IMG/VR virus record: IMGVR_UViG_3300030107_004154
Span: 1-60,773 of that record
Direction: 5' to 3' (one strand)
DNA: 60,773 nt
From: a virus
Taxonomy: Duplodnaviria; Caudoviricetes
Part shown: positions 50,811 to 60,638 of the stretch, piece after piece
Layout of the letters: each line of letters starts with the position of its first letter
How positions within the stretch are numbered: the stretch's first letter is position 1
The notes under the pieces: model-generated
Told to the model about the DNA's origin: nothing
Database searches by the model: none
What the model saw: only the letters and a program-made list of their open reading frames with translations
Position numbers and translations under genes: made by a program

Positions 50811-52587
50811 TTTTGAAACTTACTATGACGTACAGCTTTCTTTGACAAAAATGTCTACAGTGCAATACGTAAATCACTCAGATTTTAAAGTGTGGGGCGT
50901 AGGAATAAAGGTAGAAGATAATGAAACCGAATGGTATAACGAGGAAGAAACCCCGGCCATTTTAGAGCAAATCGATTGGGATAATACAGCCCTGGTTTGC
51001 CATAATACATTATTTGACGCTTATATTCTTACACAATACTTCGGGTATAAACCAGCGTATTATTATGATACAGCGGCAATGAGTCGTGGTTTGTACCCGA
51101 ACATGTCTGCAGCTCTAAAGAACTGTGTGAAACGTGAATTTCCTAACGATGAAACTATGCGTAAAGGAGAGGAACTTGTTAATGCTAAAGGCGTGCGAGA
51201 TTTAGATCCTGAGCTTGACGCACAGATCGGTGGGTATTGTATCCAGGACGTGGACTTGACGTACGCATTATTCCAAAGATATATGACCAACTACCCGGAC
51301 AAAGAGTTAGATCTCATCGATCTTACCGTACGAATGTTTGTTGAACCTAGATTAATGTTGGACCGTGGTCTATTGTCCGCTTATAAAGAAGAAATGGTAG
51401 CTCGAACACAAAAAGCTATCCAGGACTCCGGCATTACACGAGAAGTTTTAGCTTCACAAGTTAAGTTTAAAGAATATTTAGAATCTTTAGATATAGTTGT
51501 GCCTACTAAAAAGAGCCCTACTACTGGACAAATGATACCTGCTTTCGGTAAAAATGACCCGGGTTACCTTCAGATGTGTAACATGTATCCAGAACATAAC
51601 AACATATGGGAAGCTAGAGAGTTTGTTAAGTCTCGTATAGAAGAAACCAGAGCTCAGCGATTTATAGACTCAACTAATCCTGACGGTACCTTTAGTGTCC
51701 CGCTGCGTTATTATGCGGCACACACAGGACGCTTCGGGGGTGCTGATAAAATTAACTTACAAAACCTCCCCCGGGGTTCAAAATTACGTACGGCACTTAT
51801 GGCCCCTGAAGGACAGAAGTTATTTATTGCGGACTTATCTAATATTGAAGCTCGAATGCTTGCTTGGTTAGCTAAAGAAGCTGATTTACTTGACGCATTT
51901 GCTACAGGACGTGATGTGTACTGTGAATTTGCATCTCAGATATATGGTCGCACGATTACGAAAGAGAATAAATTAGAAAGATATGTCGGTAAAACAGCGA
52001 TCCTGGGGCTGGGGTACGGCATGGGACATGTTAAGTTCCAAGCCACACTGAAGACAGGATCCCCATCGGTAGATGTGTCCGACAGCGTTGCACAAAATAT
52101 TGTTATGCAATATAGAGGAATGTATCCAAACATACCATTACTCTGGTCAGGTATGAAAGACTGTTTATTTCAGATGATTAATCCTAGATCTATAGGAAAT
52201 ATGTATGGTCCATTAAAGATAAACTCTCGTGCCTTAGAATTACCTAATGGTATGGCTCTTAATTATCCTAATTTAAACTACGATAGAGGAGAGTTTATTT
52301 ATTCAACTGAAAAAGCTTACATACGTACACATGGACCTCGAGTTACAGAGAATGTCGTACAAGCCTTAGCTAGGCTGGTTATAACCGATCAAATGTTAGA
52401 CATACAAACACTACCACAGGTAGACATTGTAATGCAGGTTCACGATGAAATAATAGCTATTGGCTCTGATGTTGATTCAGATGCTACAATGGAACAAATA
52501 ATAGATATCATGCGTACTCCACCAGAATGGTGTTCAGATTTACCGCTTGATGCAGAAGGTGGAATTAGTCAAGTATATGACAAATAA
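50791..52587 (+). CDS. DNA polymerase family A with 3'-5' exonuclease
   Basis: ExoI LDFET, ExoII HNTLFD, ExoIII YCIQDV; HTGRFGG, NLQN; motif A DLSNIEAR, motif B RYVGKTAILGLGYG, motif C VHDE. Confidence 0.95.
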   Translation: MQKIYLDFETYYDVQLSLTKMSTVQYVNHSDFKVWGVGIKVEDNETEWYNEEETPAILEQIDWDNTALVCHNTLFDAYILTQYFGYKPAYYYDTAAMSRGLYPNMSAALKNCVKREFPNDETMRKGEELVNAKGVRDLDPELDAQIGGYCIQDVDLTYALFQRYMTNYPDKELDLIDLTVRMFVEPRLMLDRGLLSAYKEEMVARTQKAIQDSGITREVLASQVKFKEYLESLDIVVPTKKSPTTGQMIPAFGKNDPGYLQMCNMYPEHNNIWEAREFVKSRIEETRAQRFIDSTNPDGTFSVPLRYYAAHTGRFGGADKINLQNLPRGSKLRTALMAPEGQKLFIADLSNIEARMLAWLAKEADLLDAFATGRDVYCEFASQIYGRTITKENKLERYVGKTAILGLGYGMGHVKFQATLKTGSPSVDVSDSVAQNIVMQYRGMYPNIPLLWSGMKDCLFQMINPRSIGNMYGPLKINSRALELPNGMALNYPNLNYDRGEFIYSTEKAYIRTHGPRVTENVVQALARLVITDQMLDIQTLPQVDIVMQVHDEIIAIGSDVDSDATMEQIIDIMRTPPEWCSDLPLDAEGGISQVYDK

Positions 52588-52771
52588 AAATTTAATACTT
52601 ACAAGAAAAAAAGGTAATAAGGTTTACGTACATGATGGGGCTGAAGTAGTCTGTGTAGTAACCGTAACTGATATATCAACTAGTCAAGTAAAGTTAGGAT
52701 TTGAAGCAAGTTCTAATATTAAAATCGACAGAGAAGAAGTGTTTAATGCTAAAATTAATAAGGAGGAATAA
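52577..52771 (+). CDS. csrA: CsrA/RsmA-like carbon storage regulator
   Basis: LILTRKKG, QVKLGFEA, IDREEV. Confidence 0.8.
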   Translation: MTNKNLILTRKKGNKVYVHDGAEVVCVVTVTDISTSQVKLGFEASSNIKIDREEVFNAKINKEE

Positions 52772-55260
52772 TGGAAGTAGTATTTTTATCTGCTAAGAAA
52801 AGGCTTAGCAAAGAGATTACAGCAGATGGTACAAAGCCATATCCTTTAATTAAAAACTTCACTTCTAGCCATTTTGATATAACTCCAGATAAAAAAGGTC
52901 TTAATAAACTATATAAATTACTTACAGAACAAGCAGAAGCCGGTGCATGTTTACACAAAGGGGGACTAAAGCAGCCCCTACAAGATGAACCTAGGGCATT
53001 TATGTCCGATAGAAATGCAACTACTGAGTTATTAGTCCTTGATATAGATGGTCTCCGTACAATTCCAGGAGAGGATCTTCAGGCCATGGCCGATAAAATC
53101 GTGCTTCAACTACCTGAAGTATTTCATAATGTTTCATATATAGCGCAAGCAAGCGCATCCTTAGGTATAAAGAAAGGACAGGTGTCTATGCATCTGTTCT
53201 TTCTTATGGACATGCCCGTACATCCGAAGACTCTAAAGGACTACCTACGTATGCTTAATTACCAAAGTGAATTCCTTGCAGAACAAATTACATTGTCAGC
53301 AAATGGCCAAAGTCTTTCGTACATATTAGACCCATCAGTTGCAGATAACAGTAAATTAATATACATAGCACCACCTAAATTTGATGGTGTAGAAGATCCC
53401 TATCCGAAAGGTAGATTTATTAAAGTTGACCGTGGTTCGCCAATCTTGGAAATCTCCTCATCTTTAATTGGCGTAAATCCAGAGAAAGTTCACTCTCTAG
53501 GTTTACATATTAAAGATAACTTAAGAAAGAAAAATAATCTTCCTAAGAAAACAGGAAAGGTATCTACGGTCAACGTTTCTGGTGAAATGCAAGAAGTACT
53601 ACAAAACCCAGACAAGATGACTATCCAGATCTCACGGGTGTCCGAACCTTTTGTTAACTGTAATGTTAATGGGGGAGACAGTGGAGCATATTATTTTTTA
53701 CTCACTAACCCCCATTACATGTTTAATTTTAAGGGTGAACCTGTATGGGAAATAGAAAAAGCAGATCCAGATTTTTATAAAAGTATTTTTGAAATATTTG
53801 CAGACAAAATAGATGCAGATACTAAAAAGAAACCTTTAGTACTTAGAGATTTTTACACAGACACATATTACAACGGAGTATTTGATGAAACAAAACAACA
53901 ATTTAGTGATGAATATCCTCTCACACCAACAAACAAAAGCTCAGTCAACGACTTTCTCAAATCACATGGGCGTCCTAGTATGGATTTTGTTCCTGATGCC
54001 AGGGTCATTTTTGATCCTTCTTCTGATAAAGGCGTACAACTGGATGAGGTCCCTTACTACGTAAACTTGTTTCGTCGTACATCTTATATGCTGCAGGCAG
54101 AAAAGAATGTAAAAGAACTTTCGTACGGTGAGGCCATTCAGATCCAGAAAGTTGCACCGAATTTTCATAAATTAGTTATGCATATACTTGGAAATGGTAA
54201 ACCAGAGTTTGAGCATTTTATAAATTGGTTAGCTTATATTTATCAAAATAAACGTAAAGCTATGACAGCATGGATTTTTACAGGTATACCAGGTACTGGT
54301 AAAGGGTTGTTTGTTCACAAAGTTCTAAAACCCTTATTTGGAGAACTGCAAACTCCTATGCGTTCATTAGAAAACATAGAAGAACAGTTTAATTTGTATA
54401 TGCGAACAGCCCTTTTCCTTATAGTTGATGAGTTTCGTATGGCAGACTCAGGACATGTAGGTAAAATGGCCGATAAATTAAAGCACCAAATTACAGAGCC
54501 TACTTTAACTATTAGAGCTATGCGTACAAACCAAATAGAGCTGCCATCTTTTACGAACTTTATCTTCTTAACTAATAGAGCAGACGCAGTAAAAATTGAA
54601 GATTCAGATAGAAGATATAATGTAGCCCCTAGACAAGAACAAAAGATTGAACAAGTACACCCAGAACTCTTGGAGAATTTATCCGCACTTGAAAAAGAGT
54701 TATATATTATATCTGGTGTATTAGAGAAGTTTAAAGTAGATGCACGTATGGCTCATACAGCTCTAGAAAATGACGCGAAGAAAGAAATGAAAGAAGTATC
54801 TATGTCTATACTTGAAGAATTTGCAAATGCAATACGTATAAGAAATCTTGAATATTTTACAGAGATATTAGATATACCTCTTACAAATACTTTTGATGCT
54901 GGCGGAATTAGCACGGCACAAAGATATGTAAAAGAATGGATAGCGACTATGGGACATGAAACAATCATACCTTTATCTCATTTTAAAGTTGTATATGACG
55001 TTATGACTGATAGCAGAAATACACTATCTCAAAGAGATTTTTCTAAACGTATGACACGTTTAAATATTAAGACAGCGCGTAAGCGTATTAGTAAAGACCG
55101 TTCAGCTGGTATCCCTAGAGGGGTTGTCTTAACATGGAAATTAGACAATAATGTCCGTAAAGAACTAATAAGTGAACATTTTGACGAAAGGGATTTAATA
55201 CTATTAGATAATGGAGAATCTGACACAACCCAATCGTCCAGACCTAATCTCAACGGTTGA
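52771..55260 (+). CDS. Primase-polymerase / SF3 helicase fusion
   Basis: N-terminal LDIDG and MHLFF (AEP-like); GIPGTGKG Walker A, LIVDE Walker B, FLTN, DSDRRY. Confidence 0.85.
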   Translation: MEVVFLSAKKRLSKEITADGTKPYPLIKNFTSSHFDITPDKKGLNKLYKLLTEQAEAGACLHKGGLKQPLQDEPRAFMSDRNATTELLVLDIDGLRTIPGEDLQAMADKIVLQLPEVFHNVSYIAQASASLGIKKGQVSMHLFFLMDMPVHPKTLKDYLRMLNYQSEFLAEQITLSANGQSLSYILDPSVADNSKLIYIAPPKFDGVEDPYPKGRFIKVDRGSPILEISSSLIGVNPEKVHSLGLHIKDNLRKKNNLPKKTGKVSTVNVSGEMQEVLQNPDKMTIQISRVSEPFVNCNVNGGDSGAYYFLLTNPHYMFNFKGEPVWEIEKADPDFYKSIFEIFADKIDADTKKKPLVLRDFYTDTYYNGVFDETKQQFSDEYPLTPTNKSSVNDFLKSHGRPSMDFVPDARVIFDPSSDKGVQLDEVPYYVNLFRRTSYMLQAEKNVKELSYGEAIQIQKVAPNFHKLVMHILGNGKPEFEHFINWLAYIYQNKRKAMTAWIFTGIPGTGKGLFVHKVLKPLFGELQTPMRSLENIEEQFNLYMRTALFLIVDEFRMADSGHVGKMADKLKHQITEPTLTIRAMRTNQIELPSFTNFIFLTNRADAVKIEDSDRRYNVAPRQEQKIEQVHPELLENLSALEKELYIISGVLEKFKVDARMAHTALENDAKKEMKEVSMSILEEFANAIRIRNLEYFTEILDIPLTNTFDAGGISTAQRYVKEWIATMGHETIIPLSHFKVVYDVMTDSRNTLSQRDFSKRMTRLNIKTARKRISKDRSAGIPRGVVLTWKLDNNVRKELISEHFDERDLILLDNGESDTTQSSRPNLNG

Positions 55261-55966
55261 GGTCACGGAGGATCTAGAACTGGGATTAATTCCAGCTTGG
55301 AGCTATTCGGCCTTAAAAACCTACGAATCTTGTGCATATCGTTCTTATATAGCTAAAGTCAAAAAGGTCCCTGAAGACTTCGGACCAGCCGCAGCCCGTG
55401 GAACGGAGATCCACAACGAAGCTGAACATTATGTAGATGGTACTTTAGGTGACTTGCCCCAAACTTTAAGTAAATTTACAGACAAGTTCCAGGAACTGAA
55501 GGACTTGTACGAAGAAGCAAAAGTAGAACTTGAAGGTGAATGGGGTTTTACACGAGATTGGGAGCCGTGCGGATGGATGGAGCCTGGGGTTTGGGGACGA
55601 ATAAAATTAGATGCTTTTGTTAATGAAACAGAAACTTCAGCAAGAGTCATTGATTATAAAACTGGTAAGCAATTCGGTAATGAAATTGCTCACAGCCAAC
55701 AAGCACTTATTTACGCAATTGGTAGTTTTTTCAGATATCCAGATTTAGAAATAGCAAAAACAGAATTATGGTATTTAGACCATGGTACTACAATGGAGCA
55801 AGTCTATACGCGAGATGAAGCTATGGTATTTATGCCTAAACTACATGATCGAGCTATAAATATGACTACTGCTACTAAATTTCCACCGAACCCAAGTACA
55901 TATGCATGTAAATGGTGTTCATATGGAAAAGGCCCTGATCCTTATTGTGAATGGGCTATAAAGTAG
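55211..55966 (+). CDS. Cas4/RecB-like PD-(D/E)xK exonuclease
   Basis: WSYSALKTYESC, GTEIH, KLDA, IDYKTGK, Q..IY, C-terminal CKWC...C. Confidence 0.85.
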   Translation: MENLTQPNRPDLISTVEVTEDLELGLIPAWSYSALKTYESCAYRSYIAKVKKVPEDFGPAAARGTEIHNEAEHYVDGTLGDLPQTLSKFTDKFQELKDLYEEAKVELEGEWGFTRDWEPCGWMEPGVWGRIKLDAFVNETETSARVIDYKTGKQFGNEIAHSQQALIYAIGSFFRYPDLEIAKTELWYLDHGTTMEQVYTRDEAMVFMPKLHDRAINMTTATKFPPNPSTYACKWCSYGKGPDPYCEWAIK

Positions 55967-56029
55967 TATAATACTTATATCAGTATTTAAAACAAATAAC
56001 ACAAAATACTGATCGACGGAGAATGAAAC

Positions 56030-57379
56030 ATGAACGAGATGAATAGCATCCCTGCGCCTTATGCGCATCAACAAACAACCACAGATTTCATTGTATCTAA
56101 CCCTAGATGTTTAGTAACATCTGACCCAGGTACTGGTAAAACACGTGCAGTCTTAGACGCACATGCTATACTTGGAGGTAAGACATTAGTCTTAGCGCCA
56201 CTTTCTATCTTAGAAGCGGCGTGGGTTGAAGACATAAACAAGTTTCAACCTGGTATTAAATATGGAGTAGCTTATGCCAAAAACAGAAAACAAATATTTG
56301 AAGATGATCAAATCGAAATGGTCATTACTAATTTCGAAGCCGTTAACTTTTTACAAAAAAATCCACACTTACTTAGTGGGTTTACTACAATCGTCATTGA
56401 CGAGTTTACCGCTTTTAAAAATAGAGAAGCAAAAAGATCCAAAAATCTTAAACAAATTATCCCATGCTTTACTAATAGGGTTGCCATGTCTGGTACTCCT
56501 AATAGTAATACTATTCTAGATATCTGGCACCCCGTGTTCCTAGTGGACGGCGGGGCTCGTCTCGGTACACGTTTTTATTCATTTCGTCATCAAGTATGCA
56601 CACCTAAGTTTAATGGGTTTGCAAATGAATGGATTGATAAACCAGGTATAGAAGAAGCTGTAGCTAATAAACTCTCTGATATTTCTATACGTTATGCATT
56701 ATCTGAATGTATAGATCTACCAGATAATATTGTACGAACAGTAAATACTAGCTTAACTCCTAAAGTACAAAAACAGTACGAGCTTCTTGCAGACGAATCA
56801 GTTTTATATACAAAATCTGGTACTGTTAACGCAGTTAATGCTGGAGCACGAGTTAAAAAGCTGCTACAGCTTGTTACCGGGGCAGTGTACGACGAGGAAA
56901 GCAATGTTAACTTCATCCACCAAGAAAGGTATGACATTGTAATGACTCTTGTTTCACAACGTGCACATTCCCTGGTAGCCTTTAATTGGAAACATGAAAG
57001 AGAAGCCTTATGCGCACTTGCTGAAAAAGAGGGAATTTCGTACGAAGTTATCGATGGTTCGGTCCCTGCTGAGAAGAGAAAAGATATAGTCGCACGATTT
57101 CAAGCAGGACATTTTCGTGTTCTATTTTGCCATCCCCAGTCTGCTTCACATGGTTTAACTTTAACGAAAGCAACAACCACTATTTGGTGTTCACCTACAT
57201 ATAACGCTGAACATTTTCAACAATTTAATCAACGTATTTATAGAGCAGGTCAAACAGAAAAAACCGAAACTATACTTATACAAGCTAGGGATACCTGGGA
57301 ACCGCACGTATATAAAAAGCTAAACGGTAAATTAGGAAAAATGGAAAACTTATTAAATATTCTTACGGAGATAAGATAA
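56030..57379 (+). CDS. SNF2-like SF2 helicase
   Basis: DPGTGKT, IVIDEF, MSGTP, HGLTL, QFNQRIYRAGQ. Confidence 0.92.
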   Translation: MNEMNSIPAPYAHQQTTTDFIVSNPRCLVTSDPGTGKTRAVLDAHAILGGKTLVLAPLSILEAAWVEDINKFQPGIKYGVAYAKNRKQIFEDDQIEMVITNFEAVNFLQKNPHLLSGFTTIVIDEFTAFKNREAKRSKNLKQIIPCFTNRVAMSGTPNSNTILDIWHPVFLVDGGARLGTRFYSFRHQVCTPKFNGFANEWIDKPGIEEAVANKLSDISIRYALSECIDLPDNIVRTVNTSLTPKVQKQYELLADESVLYTKSGTVNAVNAGARVKKLLQLVTGAVYDEESNVNFIHQERYDIVMTLVSQRAHSLVAFNWKHEREALCALAEKEGISYEVIDGSVPAEKRKDIVARFQAGHFRVLFCHPQSASHGLTLTKATTTIWCSPTYNAEHFQQFNQRIYRAGQTEKTETILIQARDTWEPHVYKKLNGKLGKMENLLNILTEIR

Positions 57380-57381
57380 AA

Positions 57382-57786
57382 ATGAAAATAGGGTTTACAT
57401 GTGGAGCTTTTGATTTATTGCATGCTGGGCATGTAGTTATGTTTAAAGAAACAAAAAAACATTGTGATTATCTTATTGTGGGATTGCAGACCAATCCTAA
57501 TTTAGATAGGCCAAATAAAAATATACCAGTTCAATCTATGTATGAAAGGTATATACAACTAGACGCAATTAAGTACATAAATGAAATTATTCCTTATGAT
57601 ACTGAACAAAGTTTAGAAGACTTATTACAATCAACTTCAATAGATATTAGATTTATTGGAGAAGACTATAAAGACAGAAGCTTTACAGGTGATTATCTAT
57701 CTATACCTTTGCATTACACTAGTAGAAAACATTCCTTTTCCACTAGTGGATTGCGTATAAAAATAATGGAGGAAAAAAATGACTAA
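57382..57786 (+). CDS. Cytidylyltransferase (TagD/glycerol-3-phosphate CTase-like, HxGH family)
   Basis: FTCGAFDLLHAGH, LIVGLQ, GEDY, RKHSFST. Confidence 0.88.
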   Translation: MKIGFTCGAFDLLHAGHVVMFKETKKHCDYLIVGLQTNPNLDRPNKNIPVQSMYERYIQLDAIKYINEIIPYDTEQSLEDLLQSTSIDIRFIGEDYKDRSFTGDYLSIPLHYTSRKHSFSTSGLRIKIMEEKND

Positions 57787-58045
57787 AGAAATTAAATGCG
57801 ATTCTTGTGATACAGATTTAACACAAGAAGAAATAGCACATGACGCACTTTATAGTGCTTTACATGGAGTTATGGCTCTTGCTGCTTTAACTAAACTACC
57901 AGTTGCTCATACTATTCATGTAGCTCTTGATTATTTTATGGAACAATCTTATGAATGCGCTCCAGATAATGAAGGCGCTGAAGATATGATTATTGAAACA
58001 TTTAACCGAAAAAAGGAGGAAAAAAATGGACCAACAGTCAATTGA
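57779..58045 (+). CDS. Hypothetical protein
   Basis: SD GGAGG; CxxC near the N-terminus. Confidence 0.6.
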   Translation: MTKEIKCDSCDTDLTQEEIAHDALYSALHGVMALAALTKLPVAHTIHVALDYFMEQSYECAPDNEGAEDMIIETFNRKKEEKNGPTVN

Positions 58046-58412
58046 AATAAAAACTAGTGATCTTTTAACTGAACTTCATGCTACACGTGCCATTATTAGG
58101 GATGTGCAAGCACAAGAAAAAGATCTAAAAATGAAACAACGAGAACTTGAATCTCAGATTGCTATTAAATTACAGCAAGAAGGGATTGATAAAGTATCAA
58201 ATGATGTCTGTACGCTTTCTTTAAAAGCAGAAGTTGTACCAACTGTAGAAGATTGGGATCAATTTTTTGAATACTTAAAGGAGACTGGACAATTTGAACT
58301 TATGCAGAAGCGAATGTCTGCGACTGCATATAGAGAACTCATTGCTATGGGGGTTGATATTCCTGGAGTAAAGAGTACTGAGCTGACCCGAATTAATTTT
58401 AGGTCGCTTTAA
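58026..58412 (+). CDS. Conserved coiled-coil replication-module protein
   Basis: VEDWDQFFEYL..ELMQKRMS..IPGV; SD GGAGG. Confidence 0.65.
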   Translation: MDQQSIEIKTSDLLTELHATRAIIRDVQAQEKDLKMKQRELESQIAIKLQQEGIDKVSNDVCTLSLKAEVVPTVEDWDQFFEYLKETGQFELMQKRMSATAYRELIAMGVDIPGVKSTELTRINFRSL

Positions 58413-58441
58413 TATTAACGATGAAAAAAGGAGAACGTTCT

Positions 58442-59125
58442 ATGACTAATGATATTAGTATCGTCGCTACTGAGCTGCCTGCTCATGTTAAACAAGGCAG
58501 TGGTTTAGGTAATGAAAATGTTACCTCAGACCATTTACAAACGCCACGAATTAAACAGCTTCAACAGTTGTCTAATGAAGTGGATGAAAATCATAGTGAA
58601 TATATTGAAGGAGCCAAAGTTGGTGACTTCATAAACACTGTGACACATGAAAACTATGGAAAGGAACTTTATGTGGTTAATGTCCATTTTAGAGAAGAAT
58701 TCGTAGTTTGGGTAAAAAGAGAGAAAGGTGGAGGTCTAGTTGGCAGCTATCCTACAGAATCAGACGCTATTACAGCACTGAAAGACGCAGGTAAAGTTGT
58801 TGATGACCATGAAATCACACAGACTCAGACTCATACTCTATTAAGAGTTGATGAAAAGACTGGGGAAATCGCTGATATTCCTTTCTTGTTTGATTGCTCA
58901 TCTTCTAAGTTAAGAGTTTCACGTGAGTGGAATACTCAAATTATGAAGTTGGGTGGAGATCGTTTTGCATCTCTATGGAAGCTTGCTTCTGTACAGACAG
59001 CTAATAGAGCTGGACAGAAATTCATGAATATTTCTGTAAAGAATGTTGGTTGGCTTAAGGAAGAAGCATATAACTCAGCTAAAGCTTTTTTTCAAAGAAG
59101 CTTTGCTAGTAAAACTAGTTCCTAA
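58442..59125 (+). CDS. Putative single-stranded DNA-binding protein
   Basis: GNENVTSDHLQTPRIKQLQQLS, GAKVGDF, KLRVSREWN; position in the replication block. Confidence 0.6.
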   Translation: MTNDISIVATELPAHVKQGSGLGNENVTSDHLQTPRIKQLQQLSNEVDENHSEYIEGAKVGDFINTVTHENYGKELYVVNVHFREEFVVWVKREKGGGLVGSYPTESDAITALKDAGKVVDDHEITQTQTHTLLRVDEKTGEIADIPFLFDCSSSKLRVSREWNTQIMKLGGDRFASLWKLASVQTANRAGQKFMNISVKNVGWLKEEAYNSAKAFFQRSFASKTSS

Positions 59126-59159
59126 CTTAATTAATTAAATTCGATATATAGGAATTAGT

Positions 59160-59214
59160 GTTCGTACAGGTGCGACATATACTGTCGCATCTATGTACGG
59201 ACTAGTGTTATACT
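59160..59214 (+). promoter_or_regulatory. Long hairpin followed by an extended -10 element
   Basis: GTTCGTACA-GGTGCGACA-TATAC-TGTCGCATC-TA-TGTACGGAC, then TGTTATACT 6 nt before GTG 59221. Confidence 0.5.
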
Positions 59215-59220
59215 TTCTAT

Positions 59221-59622
59221 GTGCGCGAAAAGGAGTTCATAAATAAAGTCCATAAACAACTTCCTAAAGAAGTTTATAAGTGGAAGATCAATGATCCTTA
59301 CCACGGAGGTGTTTCGGATACTTACTACTCAGGTCCAGCCAATCATTGTTGGATCGAATACAAGTACAAAGAAGACTTGCCTGCAAAGCTTAGCTCTAAG
59401 ATTAAAATTAACTTATCTGAACAGCAGCGCATTTGGCTTACTCGCCAAAAAGATCATGGAGTCTTTACGTACGTAGTATTTGCATCTGGGAATCAAGTGT
59501 ACATAACCGAAGACTTTTCACTTTCGCATATAACGGTAGAACAATTTAATAAGGAAGCTATACCTTTTAAAGTATTTATAAAAGTATTAACTAATTTTTG
59601 TCTAGGAGAAAAAAATGACTGA
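59221..59622 (+). CDS. VRR-NUC / Holliday-junction-resolvase-like nuclease
   Basis: MREKEF, GVSD, WIEYK, LSEQQRIW. Confidence 0.75.
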   Translation: MREKEFINKVHKQLPKEVYKWKINDPYHGGVSDTYYSGPANHCWIEYKYKEDLPAKLSSKIKINLSEQQRIWLTRQKDHGVFTYVVFASGNQVYITEDFSLSHITVEQFNKEAIPFKVFIKVLTNFCLGEKND

Positions 59623-59875
59623 TTATGTAAACTCACCCCCACATTACAATAGTGGAAATATAGAATGTATTGATGCAATTGAAGAAAGTATGACTTCGGA
59701 TGCCTTTGAAGGTTACCTAAAAGGTAATATTCAAAAGTATGTTTGGCGTTATGAAAACAAAAAAGGCCTTCAAGACTTACTAAAAGCTGAATGGTACCTA
59801 AAAAGACTAATAAAAACGCTCGAAAAAGAAGAAACTTCGTCAGACGCCCGTACAGAGCCACCAAGCGCTTTTTAG
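59615..59875 (+). CDS. DUF3310 (SaV / T7 gp1.7-like) protein
   Basis: VNSPPHY..GNIECIDAI, GNIQKYVWRY, DLLKAEWYL. Confidence 0.88.
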   Translation: MTDYVNSPPHYNSGNIECIDAIEESMTSDAFEGYLKGNIQKYVWRYENKKGLQDLLKAEWYLKRLIKTLEKEETSSDARTEPPSAF

Positions 59876-59942
59876 TATTTTTGGACTAATAGTATGCCTT
59901 AGTAGCAGAAAAGAGCTCTGCCGCCCTTTATAAAGGCCATTT

Positions 59943-60200
59943 TTAGGCGTACTTAGATTTTTTGCCTGCCTTCTTATTTCTAGCATAAGATCGGTTAGAA
60001 GAAGCACTACGTATTTGTAAATTATCTGGACTTGAATCCATTGGGTTACCATTTCGATGATGAACATCACGTCCGTCCCCTTTTCGTACACGCCCATCTC
60101 TCATTGCTTGACGACGTGCTTTGTTTCTCATTGCTCGTCTTTTCTTTTGTGCTGGACTACCTTGATATCTATCGTATTCTTGTCTGTAATTTCTAGCCAT
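59943..60200 (-). CDS. Small HNH-like endonuclease
   Basis: RNYRQEY, RNKARR, GDGRDVHHRNGNP, NL...SSNRS. Confidence 0.75.
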   Translation of the reverse strand: MARNYRQEYDRYQGSPAQKKRRAMRNKARRQAMRDGRVRKGDGRDVHHRNGNPMDSSPDNLQIRSASSNRSYARNKKAGKKSKYA

Positions 60201-60202
60201 AG

Positions 60203-60638
60203 TTAAACAGTATACACCTTTAAGGCTTTTTTCTTACCTTTAACATACATGTTTCGTACAAACTTCACGCCCACCTTCGGTGGTATTTTTTTGTATGTGC
60301 TTTCCCCAATTAAAATATCTACCTTTGCTTCTTTCGTTGCACTCTCTAATCGTGCCGCTGTATTCACAGCATCTCCTATCGCACTGAAATCAAATCTTGT
60401 ATCACTTCCCATATTGCCTACTACAGCTTCACCTGTATTAACACCTATCCCTATTGCTATCGGTTCGGGCAATTTGTCCTGGAGTTCCTCCATTGCCGTA
60501 CGCATATCCTGAGCACATGCCACAGCACGTTGTTCGTGGTTGTCTAGATTTAAAGGAGCATTAAATATCGCCATACACGCGTCTCCTATGAACTTATCAA
60601 CCATACCGCCATGTTTTTGTATACACTCAACTTGCACA
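60203..60638 (-). CDS. Adenylate cyclase catalytic domain, C-terminal part of the gene starting at 1319
   Basis: DKFIGD, IGIGVNTG, GNMGS..RFDFSAIGDAVNTAARLE, VKGK; in frame across the junction. Confidence 0.92.

Noticed and set aside
55211-55966. Cas4-like nuclease as part of the RAMP-array system
   Set aside because: It is 10 kb away, inside a standard primase/helicase/SSB replication block where such exonucleases are common; no evidence of a link
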